This document shows, one piece after another, positions 38,525-49,033 of a DNA stretch of 64,000 bases; position 1 is the first letter of the stretch; every line of letters starts with the position of its first letter. A model generated the notes under the pieces. It searched no databases and had not been told where the DNA came from. It saw only the letters and a program-made list of their open reading frames with translations. A program made the translations under genes and the position numbers. The stretch covers positions 26,102,001 to 26,166,000 of the forward strand of contig NC_043021.1 in the NCBI RefSeq assembly GCF_006345805.1, written 5' to 3'. Source of the stretch: Octopus sinensis. Lineage: Eukaryota.

Positions 38525-40331
38525 ATGTATGAGTGTATGTTTACTTTATTACTAACACAAGCCACTACGGTTATTTAATGTAAAGTCTTCCTCAAATCAC
38601 TCTGTCGCTAATTTACTCTCTTCCAAGAACATTTTCACTCACTCTTATCTGTTAGCTTCCCATACATTTTACTCATGTATCTATCAGCGTGATGACAGAA
38701 ACAAATATTACATCTAGTTTCACTTTATTCGTTGCACACTGTGTGTGTGCGTTTGCTGTAAACCAGACTAAGAAAAGCATTTGACACACACACCAGAATG
38801 TGAGTTTTCTGTAAATTTTGCTTAATTGGAGTTTAAATTTTAAAAACTGGACCTGGCATGACGCGATGCATTCTACTCTTAAAAATGCTAGGTAAATTGT
38901 AATTGAAGAAATCCTATATTGTAGATTTCTATAACTCCCAAAGGGAGGCAGATAAAATCTGCCTTTTATAATAAGAGATAAGAGATACAAAACAACACCA
39001 CGGAGGAATCGACAATAAACCACGAGGGATTACTCTAAGCCTTGAAACGATATCAATTGACGAGCAAGCAGGGGCCTGCTTCGTTCAGCCCTACTGGTGC
39101 ACTGTTGGTTGCGATAGCAAGGGGTCTAATTGTTTTTGATCAACGGAACAGCCTGCTCGTGAAATTAACATGCAAGTGGCTGAGTACTCCACAGACACAT
39201 GTACCCCTAACATAGTTCTCAGGGAGATTCAATAAAACAAGGCTGGCCCTTTCAAATACAACTCACTTTTGCCAGCCGGGTGGACTAAGGAAACATGAAA
39301 TCAAGTGCCTTGCTCAAGGACACAACATACTACTGGAAATCGAACCCATGTCCTTATGGTTGTGAACTGAAATATCCCTCACCACTAAGTCACATGCCTT
39401 CACTCCTACAAGAATTTATGATAACCCCCACCTCTTTTTTTTTTTTCTGCAAGGGTTTATTTTATTGGTAATATTGGTTTGGCATTTCATTTCTAAATGC
39501 CTTACTTAACACTTCTGCAATATTTCTGTCAAAATACACCGACTTTAATTAATTTTGAAAATAATGAAGAATTCATGATACAACTGCAAGTTTGTATCGC
39601 AGAACCATGAGTGGTCTCAGGTATTTTGGTATCAAAAGGACTGAGGAACTGGAAATATCAGAACTATTATTACATTTGAGAAGAGTCAGAAGACTGGTTT
39701 CAACACATGGTTTCAGATAAAAATACGAAAATTAAATCTTTGGAGTAATTATGATTTTCATTAACATTTACACAAACAACATTTGGATATTATTTTGAAT
39801 TTTTATAAAAGAACATCTTTGCTGTAGCAAAAAAAAAGCTTTCAGTTTCTTTTCTACATTGGAGATCGTTGTGGCACGAAACTTAAGTCACGAGGCAAAC
39901 TCTCAGCTTCAGTTTCAATGAAAAACTACACACTCACTCACTGGCATACATATATACATACGTAAATACAGATAAACACATACTCATGCATACACATGAA
40001 TTATGAAGATTAAATACAAAGAGACTTTTTTTTCCCATTAAAAATGAAATTACGTTTATCTCAAGTACGTCAGAAAACGTCAGCGTGGCGGCCACCGAAA
40101 AACAAACCAAAAAAAACCTCAAACCTATCTATGCTTCTCATTGATTACACCTCATTTATCCATTAAAGAAATAGTTAATATTTTTTCAGTTAAGATTTTA
40201 TTTACACGTTAAAATATACAAACTCTATTTTCATCCCATTTTTTCTTACATGCACAAAACTACTGCCAAAAATGTTATTTGCTCTAAAAATGCTCCGTAA
40301 GTGAAAATAATTGAAAAGCGCTACAGTCAGC

Positions 40332-40378
<47 letters not shown>

Positions 40379-43300
40379 ATTTATTTATACACACACACAG
40401 AACTGAAAAGTCGAATGTGAGAAAAACTGTTTGTTCTCTGTTGTAGCAAATAAATCGATAAATGAATGAAAGAAAAGTCTTGGCTGGGATTGAAATGTTT
40501 GTGCGCAGAAGGGAGGCAACTCGTATGGTAATCGACAGAATTTTCAAGTTTGTACATTTCACATATTTTGGAGAGAAAGAGAGGGGGAGGAAGAGGAATA
40601 GTGGCAAAAAAACAGAGGAAGTATGAGGAGAAGAAAAAATAAAACGTACTGAAGGGGAGGGAAAAAAGAAAGAAACAAAACAGCGCCGCCGCCGCCGCCC
40701 CCACGGCACCAAGGTGCGTTAAAGGGGCAGCGCTGGGTCAATTTATGCTAATTTAAGATTTGTTTACATTGGTCGATTGAATGCTTGATCTCTCTCTCTC
40801 TCTCTCAGTCTGGAATAAAATAATACTGTTTCAGTGAGGGAAGGAAGAAGCCCTGATGCAGAACGACCGGTTGCGCGCGCTCGGGGTGTAGCAAAAGTGA
40901 ACCCAAAGATTCAATAAGCGAGTCTACACACACACACACACACACTAGAACACTCGGTGCCGTCAATAGCGACGGTCTGTAAGTAAACTTTGCGATTAAA
41001 AATGCCAAAACAACGAGAAAATCGGAAACTAATATCCACCACTCTCTAAATATTTACACAGCTTCGATTACTTTTAATCTGCTGCCGTCAAAAACTCCCT
41101 CGCTGCATTAAAGTTATTTTCAACAAATGCTTCATTAATCTCACAAATGTTGTAGATTTCTCGAACCATTGTCTGTGCATTCAAAACTACCGAAATAGAC
41201 ACATATTTATACACGGGTACATAATTTTTACAAACAGGTTACATCCATTTTCTAAAGGTTTCCAAGGGTCAACAGGATTAGTTTCTGTTAAACCTGTCCA
41301 CTTACAACAACACATCTGACACATTTCATGTAAAAAGGTACAAATAGACAGAACAAAGCATTACTATTCACTTTCAGCGCCTAAGTTCCTAATATCTCTT
41401 GTAGAGACGCAAAGAGGCACCAACACACCTGGCCTTTCGGAATTTTCAATCTGTAATTTCAAATTATTTCTGCTTAGATTATTTATTTATTTATTATTAT
41501 GTTGTTCTGCTGAAAACAAGAAAAGCTTGCAGAATGCTAAAAGGCTAAAGTTGGATATATGATAACTCTCCATCAGTGGAATAAATGAGGCAGAACAATT
41601 AATCGTTCAATCGGTATAGAAGACAAATTAAATATCACGTCATCCCATAAGTTGTGTCCGATTTTACCTTTTTGAAGATTGAATGACATTTAATAGTATT
41701 TTAGAATGTCTAATGGAATTAAAAATCATTTTTATGCATTTGTGTACATTTAAACTAATTAAATATTATTTTACAGAATAATAGAATTAAAATTTCTTTG
41801 ATTAAAACCCTTTCTAACATGGAAGTATCCAAAGAGCATTTCAGGCACATAATGTTTTATGAGAACAAAAATGGAAACTCTGCAGCCAAAGTGACTTGAA
41901 ACATTCACTCAGTTTATGGGAAAGAATGCTTGAATGAAAGAACTTGCAGAAGATGGTTTGCAAAATTCAGAAGTGGAGATTTCAGCCTTGAAGATGAAGA
42001 TCGTCCAGCTGAGTTTGATGATAAACTCCTTGAGGCATTATCAGTTGAAGAATTGGTAATAAGGCTTAGTTCAAACCATACAGCTGTTCATCATCATCCT
42101 CAAAACTTGGAAAGGTTCCTAAACTTGGAAAATGGGTGCCTCATGAATTGTCCAAAAGCAACTGCAAATCTCGGGTTGACATCTGCGCTTCTCTCCATTA
42201 TTGCAAACTCATTTCACCCTTTTTGGATAGACTTGTGACGAAAAATGGATCTTCTATCGAAATGTTAAGCATCATAAACAGTGGCTTGGTAAAGGGGAAA
42301 AGACATGGGTTGGACGGTTTGGCTGAGGACTGGCGAGCCAGAAGGCTGCACCAGGCTCCAATTTGATCTGGCAAAGTTCTACAGCTGGATGCCCTTCCTA
42401 ACACCAACCACTCCGAGAGTGTAGTGGGTGCTTTTATGTGCCACTGAGGGCCGGTCAGGCAGTACTGACAATGACCACGTTCAAATGGTGCTTTCTACAT
42501 GCCACCTGCACAAGAGCCATTCCGGCAGCACTGGCAACAACCATGCTTGAATGTTAATTTTCACCTGCCAGTTGGTAGCGATGCTGGCAATGATCATGCC
42601 TGAATGGTGCTTTTAATGTTCCACTGGCATGAGTGCCAATCAGGCGGTACTGCCATTGGCCACACCAGTGATTTTGATTTCACTTGCCTCAACAGCTCTT
42701 TGCAAGCAAAGTTTATTGTCCACTGAATGAAGGGTACTTTTAAATGGGCTGGTTATGCACCACTGACATAGGCCACGGGTTATGGTCTCACTTGGCTTGC
42801 CAAGTCTTCTCAAGCACAGCATATCTCCAAAGGTCTCGGTCACATGTCATTGCCTCAGTATGGCCCAATGTTCAAAGTTTGTGCTTCACCACCTCATCCC
42901 AGGTCTTCCTGGGTCTACATCTTCCACAGGTTTCCTCAACTGCTAGGGTGTGACATTTTTCACACAGCTATCCTCATCCATTCTCACGACATGACCATAC
43001 CAGCACAGTTGTCTCTCTTGCACACCACATCTGATGCTTCTTAAGTCCAACTTTCCTTTCAGGGTGCTTACATTCTGTTGCGTGGCACCTTGGCTTCTAC
43101 TACAGCCCCAAGCCAACCATAAGCCTTGTGGGTGGGTTTGATAGGTGTGTGCATGTGTGTTACTGTCTCCTTGCTTTGACATCACGTGACAGATGCAAAT
43201 GAGGGCCATTGCACGTGGTCTCTTTCATTTTCAGCCTTCCAGGTCAGGTCATGGGGAAATATTACCTTATTTGGAAACTACTGAGGGTTGGCGACAGGAA

Positions 43301-43386
43301 AGGCACATCTGGTAGCCTAAAAAAATCCTCTCAGAAAAAAATTTCCATCCAACCCATGCAAGTCTGAAAAAGTGGACATTAAAACA

Positions 43387-43430
<44 letters not shown>

Positions 43431-44569
43431 ATACAAGAAGCCTTTTCATTTTTTGGTCACAAGGCTTTGGTTGGTTATAGTGGAAGACACTCAGCCTAGG
43501 TACCAGGCAGGAGTGAACCTGAAACCACATGGTTGGGAAGTAAATGTCTTAACCACATGGCCATAACAGAGAGACAGAAACAGGGAGTGTTGCTGTAGAG
43601 GAGGTACATGGCTATGGAAAAGAAGAAGAGAGAGAGAGATGGTGAAGAAGATGAGGGCATATTGCTAAGTTAGAGAGGGAGATGAATAGAAAGAGAAGTA
43701 GGAGATGGGAGTGGAGAAGGATAAGGAAGAACTAAGATAAATCAGGGGGCGAAACATGAGATTTCAACTTTTTAGACAAACCACATTAATTTTTTGAAGT
43801 TCTCTAAAGTAGGGGCAACTGTTGCCAAGCCCTGAGCCACAAGTAGTCACATTCCAAATAGCATTGTTGTTGTTGTTGTTGTCGGTCATAAATTGGAACA
43901 AAGCATTCTTTTATGCAAGAAACAAAGTTAAATTCTTTCTGTTGAATACTTTTGTGTGTTTCTTCAAATGAATCTCTTTGGATTTTACTTCTTTTGATTT
44001 CCCAGCACGCGTGTTTCAATTTTAGGCACAAGGCCAGCAATTTTAGTGAGAGTTGGTGAGTTGAATACATCAATCCTGATAGTTGGCCGGGACTTATTTT
44101 ATCAACCCCAAAAGAATAAAATGTAAAGTTGACCTCAGCAAGATTTGAACTCAGAGCTGAAAGAGATGCTGCTAAGCACTTTTTGTCCTACGCACTAACA
44201 ACTCTGCCAACTCACCATTTTGATATTCAAGCATTATGGCAGTTAATATCTCAAGCAGTAAATTAGAAATTGATGATATTAATCAATATCAGACATAGTG
44301 TATCTAGGATTATATCTTTGAATATGTGTTTCCCTTCTTTAATTCAAGAGAGATTTAGTGACTATCTCTAGCAGGTCAAGTGACAGGTACAGGTTCCATT
44401 GATGGCTCGTGTTAATAATCTGCAATTGCATACATATATCTATGATTTAGCTCCTTCTATTAGTAACACACACACACACAAAGTTACACAGATGACTTAC
44501 CTCTTCATCTTCCTCCTCTTCATCCCAATTTCGGTCGTTCAGCTCTGACGTGGCATTACGTTTTGCCAT
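9729..44569 (-). CDS. NUP50: Nucleoporin Nup50, spliced CDS join(44501-44569,19595-19678,18636-19044,17011-17277,15450-15546,12414-12529,9729-9955), 422 aa
   Basis: Exon lengths 69+84+409+267+97+116+227=1269 nt, all GT-AG with matching phases. N-terminus MAKRNATSELNDRNWDEEEEDEEAGEFVAAKKDILKQRNIIKAKRR is the Nup50 importin-alpha-binding domain. Central LKKLNKSVLQWMQQHVAKDPYCILTPIFKDYEKYL matches the conserved Nup50 helical segment. C-terminal Ran-binding domain YSKRCKLFYEKDKNWIDKGIGNLHVK...IRADTNLGNILLN...GKNNVSLVCIPNPP...LLIRVKSGEEADDL. Recognised from family knowledge, no database search. Confidence 0.95.
10118..10532. mobile_element. piggyBac-type MITE interrupted by a SINE
   Basis: TTAA at 10114-10117 and 10533-10536; ends ccccttt and ggtaacaaaagga resemble the ends of the 46158-47234 element; SINE at about 10225-10430. 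Confidence 0.55.
12414..12529 (-). CDS. NUP50: Nup50 coding exon 6 (CKLFYEKDKNWIDKGIGNLHVKPFQDKAQLIIRADTNL)
   Basis: Acceptor ccctcctctag|A, donor TTGG|gtaggt, phase 2/1; core Ran-binding-domain motifs. Confidence 0.93.
12720..13438 (+). mobile_element. Penelope-like retroelement relic: inverted plus direct pseudo-LTR (159-nt arms) with hammerhead and TSD
   Basis: Arms 12733-12891 and 13212-13370 are about 95% inverted-identical. A tail of about 55 nt follows the right arm. Direct repeat ttttattaaaga at 12720-12731 and 13427-13438. Confidence 0.65.
13206..13250 (+). ncRNA. Minimal type I hammerhead ribozyme motif (Penelope-type)
   Basis: GGACCA CUGAUGA G GUCAC-aggagu-GUGAC GAAAG aa CU C UGGCC: intact core, 5-bp stem II, 2-bp stem III, CUC cleavage triplet, and CCA/UGG stem I. 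Confidence 0.7.
13970..14722 (+). mobile_element. 5'-truncated RTE-clade LINE (ORF C-terminus, 3' UTR, (GAT)n tail)
   Basis: EGTCGRGRPRKTWDEVVKYDLRTLGLTKEMTSDRDFWKYAVLEKTRQAR* at 13970-14119, then internally repetitive UTR ending gacgttaaac(gat)n. Confidence 0.8.
15450..15546 (-). CDS. NUP50: Nup50 coding exon 5 (AVKGSNPDEEDEYVPPKAEVKEIKEEGSVYSK)
   Basis: Acceptor ttttgaatag|CC, donor AAAAG|gtgaga, phase 1/2; the acidic PPK...KEE entry into the Ran-binding domain. Confidence 0.92.
15894..15939 (-). ncRNA. Degenerate hammerhead motif, same family as 24563
   Basis: GACAC UUGAUGA A GGCUU...CAACC AAAAU GU U GUGUU. Core positions C3 and G12 are mutated; the flanks (about 15850-15975) are homologous to 24520-24655. 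Confidence 0.5.
17011..17277 (-). CDS. NUP50: Nup50 coding exon 4 (Ser/Thr-rich linker with PAFGGFNF)
   Basis: Lies within ORF 16964-17296. Acceptor ttttatgtag|AT, donor AATG|gtgagc, phase 1/1. Confidence 0.88.
18636..19044 (-). CDS. NUP50: Nup50 coding exon 3 (ASPGGGIFANFAGF...LTPIFKDYEKYL...ETNL)
   Basis: Lies within ORF 18391-19050. Acceptor ttctgttgcag|GCG, donor TTAG|gtagga, phase 0/1. Confidence 0.93.
19595..19678 (-). CDS. NUP50: Nup50 coding exon 2 (AGEFVAAKKDILKQRNIIKAKRRSNIST)
   Basis: Acceptor cttcttctag|GCT, donor ACC|gtgagt, phase 0/0; contains the conserved IxKAKRR motif. Confidence 0.93.
20021..20056 (+). ncRNA. Minimal hammerhead motif, third family, core A6>C
   Basis: CUUU CUGCUGA A GAGC-auag-GCUC GAAAC GU A AAAG. 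All three stems and the palindromic ACGU are present; one core substitution. Confidence 0.55.
24563..24609 (-). ncRNA. Minimal hammerhead motif, second family, mutated at stem III
   Basis: GGACAC CUGAUGA A GGCUG-gagaguaaau-CAGCC GAAAC AU U GUGGU. Core intact; the self-complementary ACGU is changed to ACAU and stem I has one mismatch. Confidence 0.6.
26983..27446 (+). mobile_element. Second copy of the Penelope-like foldback element
   Basis: Arms 27057-27204 and 27290-27437 (148 nt). Exact 14-bp direct repeat acaattaccagatt at 26983-26996 and 27433-27446. Shares spacer and tail sequence with the 12.7-kb copy. Confidence 0.65.
27273..27317 (+). ncRNA. Minimal hammerhead ribozyme motif, same family as 13206
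   Basis: Core and stems II/III identical to 13206-13250; stem I 3' strand UGGCU. Confidence 0.7.
31602..31902. mobile_element. hAT-type MITE with exact 8-bp TSD
   Basis: ctttaagg at 31594-31601 and 31903-31910; ends cagggttggcaaac and gttcctcgatcccta. Confidence 0.7.
35140..35531 (-). mobile_element. Non-autonomous Helitron (392 bp)
   Basis: On the minus strand: A|TC 5' end at 35531, a 3' hairpin cccgagcaacgccggg followed by CTAG|T at 35140, and no TSD. Confidence 0.75.
35533..35850 (-). mobile_element. Partial copy of the piggyBac element at 46158-47234
   Basis: Near-identical to about 46865-47190 (compare ORFs 35623-35892 and 46881-47111). Confidence 0.75.
36370..36701 (-). mobile_element. 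Second Helitron-like family, 5' part (another copy at about 38580-38976)
   Basis: About 300 nt nearly identical between the two loci. Both end in aggcagataaa(g/a)tctgccttttataataaga, i.e. a minus-strand TCTTATTATAAAAGG start with a subterminal hairpin. 3' CTAG end not found. Confidence 0.5.
36702..37340 (-). mobile_element. Non-autonomous Helitron (639 bp), same family with internal insert
   Basis: Same termini and near-identical body to 35140-35531, plus an extra subrepeat and an insert of about 163 nt (36960-37122). Confidence 0.75.
37345..37950 (-). mobile_element. Mariner transposon 5' half
   Basis: ORF 37476-37781 MEVTKEHIWHILLYEF...WFQKFR...LEDEP (mariner HTH), continuing after a frameshift to KLGQWVPHELS; truncated at the Helitron. 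Confidence 0.85.
38215..38558 (+). repeat. Two tandem 172-bp units with microsatellite cores
   Basis: attgttctcaagcttcaatactg starts at 38215 and 38387; both units end gagtgtatgtttactttattactaacac. Confidence 0.8.
40040..41040. promoter_or_regulatory. CpG-rich promoter/enhancer-like island inside Nup50 intron 1
   Basis: Unique sequence with many intact CpGs ((GCC)n at about 40684-40700; gcgcgcgctcgggg at about 40874-40887). Motifs: ATGCTAAT octamer-like about 40745, TGTTTAC Fox-like about 40761, CCAAT (minus) about 40768, and two TGACGT half-sites at 40067-40083. Confidence 0.5.
41633..42302 (+). mobile_element. Mariner transposon 5' half
   Basis: ATG at 41819: MEVSKEHFRHIMFYE...ERTCRRWFAKFRSGDFSLEDEDR, later KWVPHELS...FLDRLVT, with stops and frameshifts. 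Cut by a LINE insertion. Confidence 0.85.
42305..43075 (-). mobile_element. 5'-truncated RTE-clade LINE
   Basis: KLDLRSIRCGVQERQLCWYGHVVRMDEDS...RPRKTWDEVVK plus the same 3' UTR as 13970-14722. Another copy lies at about 54350-54830 (+). Confidence 0.8.
44501..44569 (-). CDS. NUP50: Nup50 coding exon 1 (MAKRNATSELNDRNWDEEEEDEE)
   Basis: ATG at 44569 lies 9 nt after a pyrimidine-rich acceptor ttttgattag| (exon starts 44578). Donor gag|gtaagt, phase 0. Too short for the ORF track. Confidence 0.93.
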
Positions 44570-46157
44570 AGTTACTTCCTAATCAAAACAAAAAGAAACA
44601 AAATTATGTCAATATTACAGGAACTGAACCCTTATGTGGCCAACCCACATTAGACTGCCCTTCCTTGTTTTATGATATACACTTCCTTGTTATAAATTGA
44701 TCTAAATTAAAAGCTCTCAGAAAAATTTCAACAAACACCAAAGTTATTTCACTAAACTCTTTATTATTCCCAAAATTAACCCAAAACTTCCTGTTCTGCC
44801 CTCAGAGCCACCACCTTGCTCTCTCTTTCTGCCCCCATGCCAATTACTACCTTTTATTCCAGTATAAAACAAGCAGCAATGCATCTCCTCTACAACAAAA
44901 AGAAAAAAACCTTATTCTGTTCTGACCCCTTGCTTCATAAAGCTGCTTCCCTCTCGACTATAGCTCTGTTCAGATGAAGAGGATCATAATTTTGCAAGCT
45001 AAATGGCAACCTCACTAATGCTGGTGCCACAATAACAATTACCTCTGTCAAGTGGTTGGCATTAAAAAGAGCATTCAGTCATAGAAACCATGTCAAAGCA
45101 GACATTGGAGTTCCAATTCAGCAGATCTTATTAAACCATTCTTCTCATGGCTGCATGAGAAAATGGATGTTCAGAAATGATGAAGGACAATGCAGCAGTT
45201 CAACAGAAATACAGAAACAAAAGGACTCAAGAGATTTCCCACAAGAATTCATTAAACTCTGATGTCACCAAGAATTAAAAAAAAACAACTTAATGCCAAT
45301 ATTATTAAGTAAACCATGAGCAAAGATGAGAGACTGGTGCCGTGGCCAATGTTGAATGAAGGCAAAATAAATTTATCGAATATTTTGCTTTGATAAGGCT
45401 GAGACACTGAATCTATTTTTCATTCTATTTTGCATATAAAATCATTTTGGTTCGAGTCATCACCAATATCTTCCATGTTTTTCTTATGGATCGGAAGGCA
45501 GCAAACTGGCGGAACCGTTAGCATGCTGGATGAAATGCTTAGGGATATTTCACCCATCGCTACGTTCTGAGTTCAAAATCTGCCAAGGTTGACTTTGCCT
45601 TTCATCTTTTCGGAGTCGATAAATTAAGTACCAGTTACGCACTGGGGTTGATGTAGTCGACTAGCCACCCACCCCCACCAAATTTCAGGCCTGGTGCCTT
45701 TAGTAGAAAGGTGGATTATAATAGATTGGATGAGTCTGCAAAAGAGCACAACTATATTCCTTGAGGTTCTGCATCAAGTATTGTAGATTTAAATTAAAAA
45801 GTTCTTCATAATGGTGCATGTAAATATAAATCCTGTCTATAAAGTGACCTGGCTGGAAATGGTCCACACAATATACAGCACCAGATCAGACAAGCTTGGA
45901 ACTGAAAGTGGCCCAGATGTCAGGATTTTCTGGTTTTCTGCAGACGGCCTGAATCTTGCTGATGTCACGTAAAAAGCATCCAGTCCACCCTGTAAAGTGG
46001 TTGGCACTAAGAAGGGCATCCACGCATAAAAACCACGACAAAGCAAGCAGACGATGGAGCTTGGCACAGTCCTCCGTCCTATCAGCGCCTGTCAAACTGT
46101 CCAACCCATGACAGCATGGAAAAGATATTAAATGATGATGATGCTAAATTATATTAA

Positions 46158-47234
46158 CCCTTTCGTTACTATATTTCTGACCAAAATACACCCCTTATGT
46201 GTTTCAATTAATTTCTAACGTAATCATAAATTTAGTCTGGTTTCATTAAACAACTATAACTTTTTTATTTATCAATATATTAACATGAATTTTGGAAGAT
46301 AATTTAATGAAATGTTCTCAACCAATTCTATACTATAATTTTTGTTACAAAGTGACTCTAATTGCAGGTAGATACAGGTAAATTCAAGAATATATAAAAT
46401 TATTAAAATTTTGTTCAAACATCGCTATAGAAAATGGGTTATTAGCTAATATTCAATTGGGTATACAACAAAATTTTACAATAGAATTTGTTATTCTGGG
46501 TAACTTTCTGATACCCATAATAATATTTATGGCAAAATAGGCCTTAATTTCATTTAAGGTTGTGGGAAATAACAAACTATCCTTTCTTTTGCTTTGTTTA
46601 CATTTAGCGTAACAGTTCGTTTCCGCCGTAATGATTTCAAATGGGCTCATTCAAAAAAGTAAAAAGAAATAGTCTAAGGCTTTACTCTTCTGGGAAAGTC
46701 TGTGGCTTGGTCCAGTTTCTTCAGAAAAATCACCGAAAGAAACAGTTTTTAAATTTTCACTCCATTCCGGTGCCAATTCATTTTCTTTATCGCTGTCGGA
46801 GCTCTCGGATTCACTGTTTTCACTTTCGGAAAATGAAACATCAAATTCATTATCAAATACCACATGCTTTTTTTTTTCAGTCATAGAGTTAGATTTATGA
46901 AGATCTTCAGTAGAAAATCCTTCGAATTCTGACTCACTGCTTGATATAATGAAATTCGTATCCATTTTTTGTCAGAATTACAAATTTTGAAAACACAATA
47001 GGAACAAATTTCGGAAAAAAATCTCCCATAATTCACGGAATTAAAATTACACTTCGATTTTTGTACAAAACTGTAGTTGAACTGTTTACGAAGTATAATA
47101 CGTGTTTTCACGAATGTACTAAAGAGATTTACTCTGATATTCTCATTTAAATATGAATAGGTAAATTCGGGCGATTTGGGGCGGCTTGGTCACATTAACC
47201 AAAATTTTTTTCGGGCGGTTTGGTAACGAAAGGG
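46158..47234 (-). mobile_element. Internally deleted piggyBac transposon (1077 bp)
   Basis: TTAA TSD at 46154-46157 and 47235-47238; perfect 12-bp TIR ccctttcgttac. Acidic transposase N-terminus (ORF 46651-46965 ...GPS...ALDYFFLLF), continuing into EIITAETNCYA...TTLNEIKAYFAINIIMGIRKLP (46453-46650). Confidence 0.88.
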
Positions 47235-47814
47235 TTAAACAGATTCAAATTAATGAAGTTCTAAAGTGGGGTCAGTTTGATCTTTGCTAATCCCCTTAAA
47301 ATGTAGGATACTGTAGCATAGATACAGGATGATGTTTACAGGATGAGAATGAAACAAAGAAAAATCCAACCAACACAGGTAGAAATGAATCCACTTCTTA
47401 AACAGAAAACGTTTCATTTTCATCAATCCACATAAAAAAAAAGGAAAGAACAAAACTATTTTTAAGATGCTGTATGCAAATTAACCAAAACTAACCAGCT
47501 TTTTTTTGGTAATTCCAGATTTTTGGATGCTGGATAAGAAGCCTGGTACCACACACACACACAGTGGAAAATCCTTGGGACTATACACTTAGAGATAAAA
47601 AACTTTCCTTATTAATTTTTCCACTGTAATAATTAAATGTTTATAAATCATTAGGTGTTTACAAATCGTCTGTAAACACTGAATGATTTGTAAACATTTA
47701 ATTATTACAGTGGAAAAATTAATAAGGAAAGCCATGTCTATTCACTTTACCAATTACCTATCTACACACACACACATATATATATATGTATATATATATA
47801 TAATATATATATAT

Positions 47815-48122
47815 ATATATTGTTGTTTGTTCCTTCTCGAGCCATGCCTGGCTCATAAGGGCCGGTTTCCTGGTTTCTTGGCATATAAATTCCCCACCTG
47901 GACGGGACGCCGGTCTGTCGCAGGTGAGCTGCAAGATGCAGGAGGAAAGGGTGAGAGAAAGTTGTGGCGAAAGAGTCAGCAGAAGTTCGCCATTACCTTC
48001 TGCCAGAGCCGCGTGGAGCTTAGGTGTTTCGCTCATAAACACACACATCGCCCGGTCTGATATTCAAACCTGCGATCCCTCGACCGCGAGTCCACTGCTC
48101 TAACCACTAGGCCATGCGCCTC

Positions 48123-48123
<1 letters not shown>
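47815..48123 (-). mobile_element. Young tRNA-derived SINE
   Basis: Head ggaggcgcaTGGCCTAGTGGttagagcag (A box) and GGTTTGAAT (B-box-like); CpGs retained; (aaac) tail. Confidence 0.7.
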
Positions 48124-48186
<63 letters not shown>

Positions 48187-48347
48187 TGGTAACATAGTCA
48201 GTCACTCCTTAAACACTTGATGCTGTTGTATAACATAATGTAGTTTCTACTCAGCAATGGCTGTATAGCTCTAATCTATAGGATTCATAACTTGGAGCAG
48301 AAATCTAACCATCCTAGGGTAGCCCTAAACACATACTAACCCAAACC

Positions 48348-48389
<42 letters not shown>

Positions 48390-48884
48390 CCTAACAGCTC
48401 CAGTAACCATGTGGCAGAAGCCCATTAAAGATTAATACTTATGCATCATGGTTCCCATACAAATAAATACGCAATTAGAGATAGATACCAGCAGAAAGAA
48501 TGAAAAGAGAACAGAGATTGAGTCAGTGGTGTCTAGATTAAGGATAATTATTGCCAGCTATAAATACTTCACACTCCATTGCAGTAATGTTTGCATTGTG
48601 TGAGAGCAAAAAGCAACCTAAATGCTTGGCTGAATATTTTATATTCCTCTCCCTTCTAACCTACATGTCCCTTTACATATGCAACGCCCCCCCCCCCGCC
48701 CCATCTGGCTTCCATCGATAACACCAACAGCTATGTGAGTTTGTGATGTCTACATCTCTCTTGACAAGAGGTGAAGTGTTTTACAGTTGCTTCTCCTTTT
48801 TAACCACAAGCGATGTGTTAAATTTATAATGAGTATTATGAGATCATATATGCTAAATCTGTTTTTTTTTTTCACCTGGCTCAC

Positions 48885-49033
48885 CTGAGAGACTTAACAA
48901 AAGCAGAACTTATATTGCTGTATCCAGGCTAGACATGTGACAGGTGGGATCCACTTCCTAGTCACAGATGAGAGGATTAGAGTCCAGAGGGTCTATGTTT
49001 CTCTGGATCTGGATTAGGTGATTAGTGTGGACG
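48885..49033 (-). other. Putative non-coding 5' UTR exon of Nup50
   Basis: Strong acceptor ctcttttctcttctccctacag|cgtcc and donor ctcag|gtgagc. Stops in all frames; carries a uORF MSSLDTAI*. The Nup50 ATG exon begins at an acceptor, so upstream exons must exist. Confidence 0.45.

Noticed and set aside
43372-43566. Poly-Met/poly-His ORFs
   Set aside because: These come from the (GAT)n tail of a retroelement.
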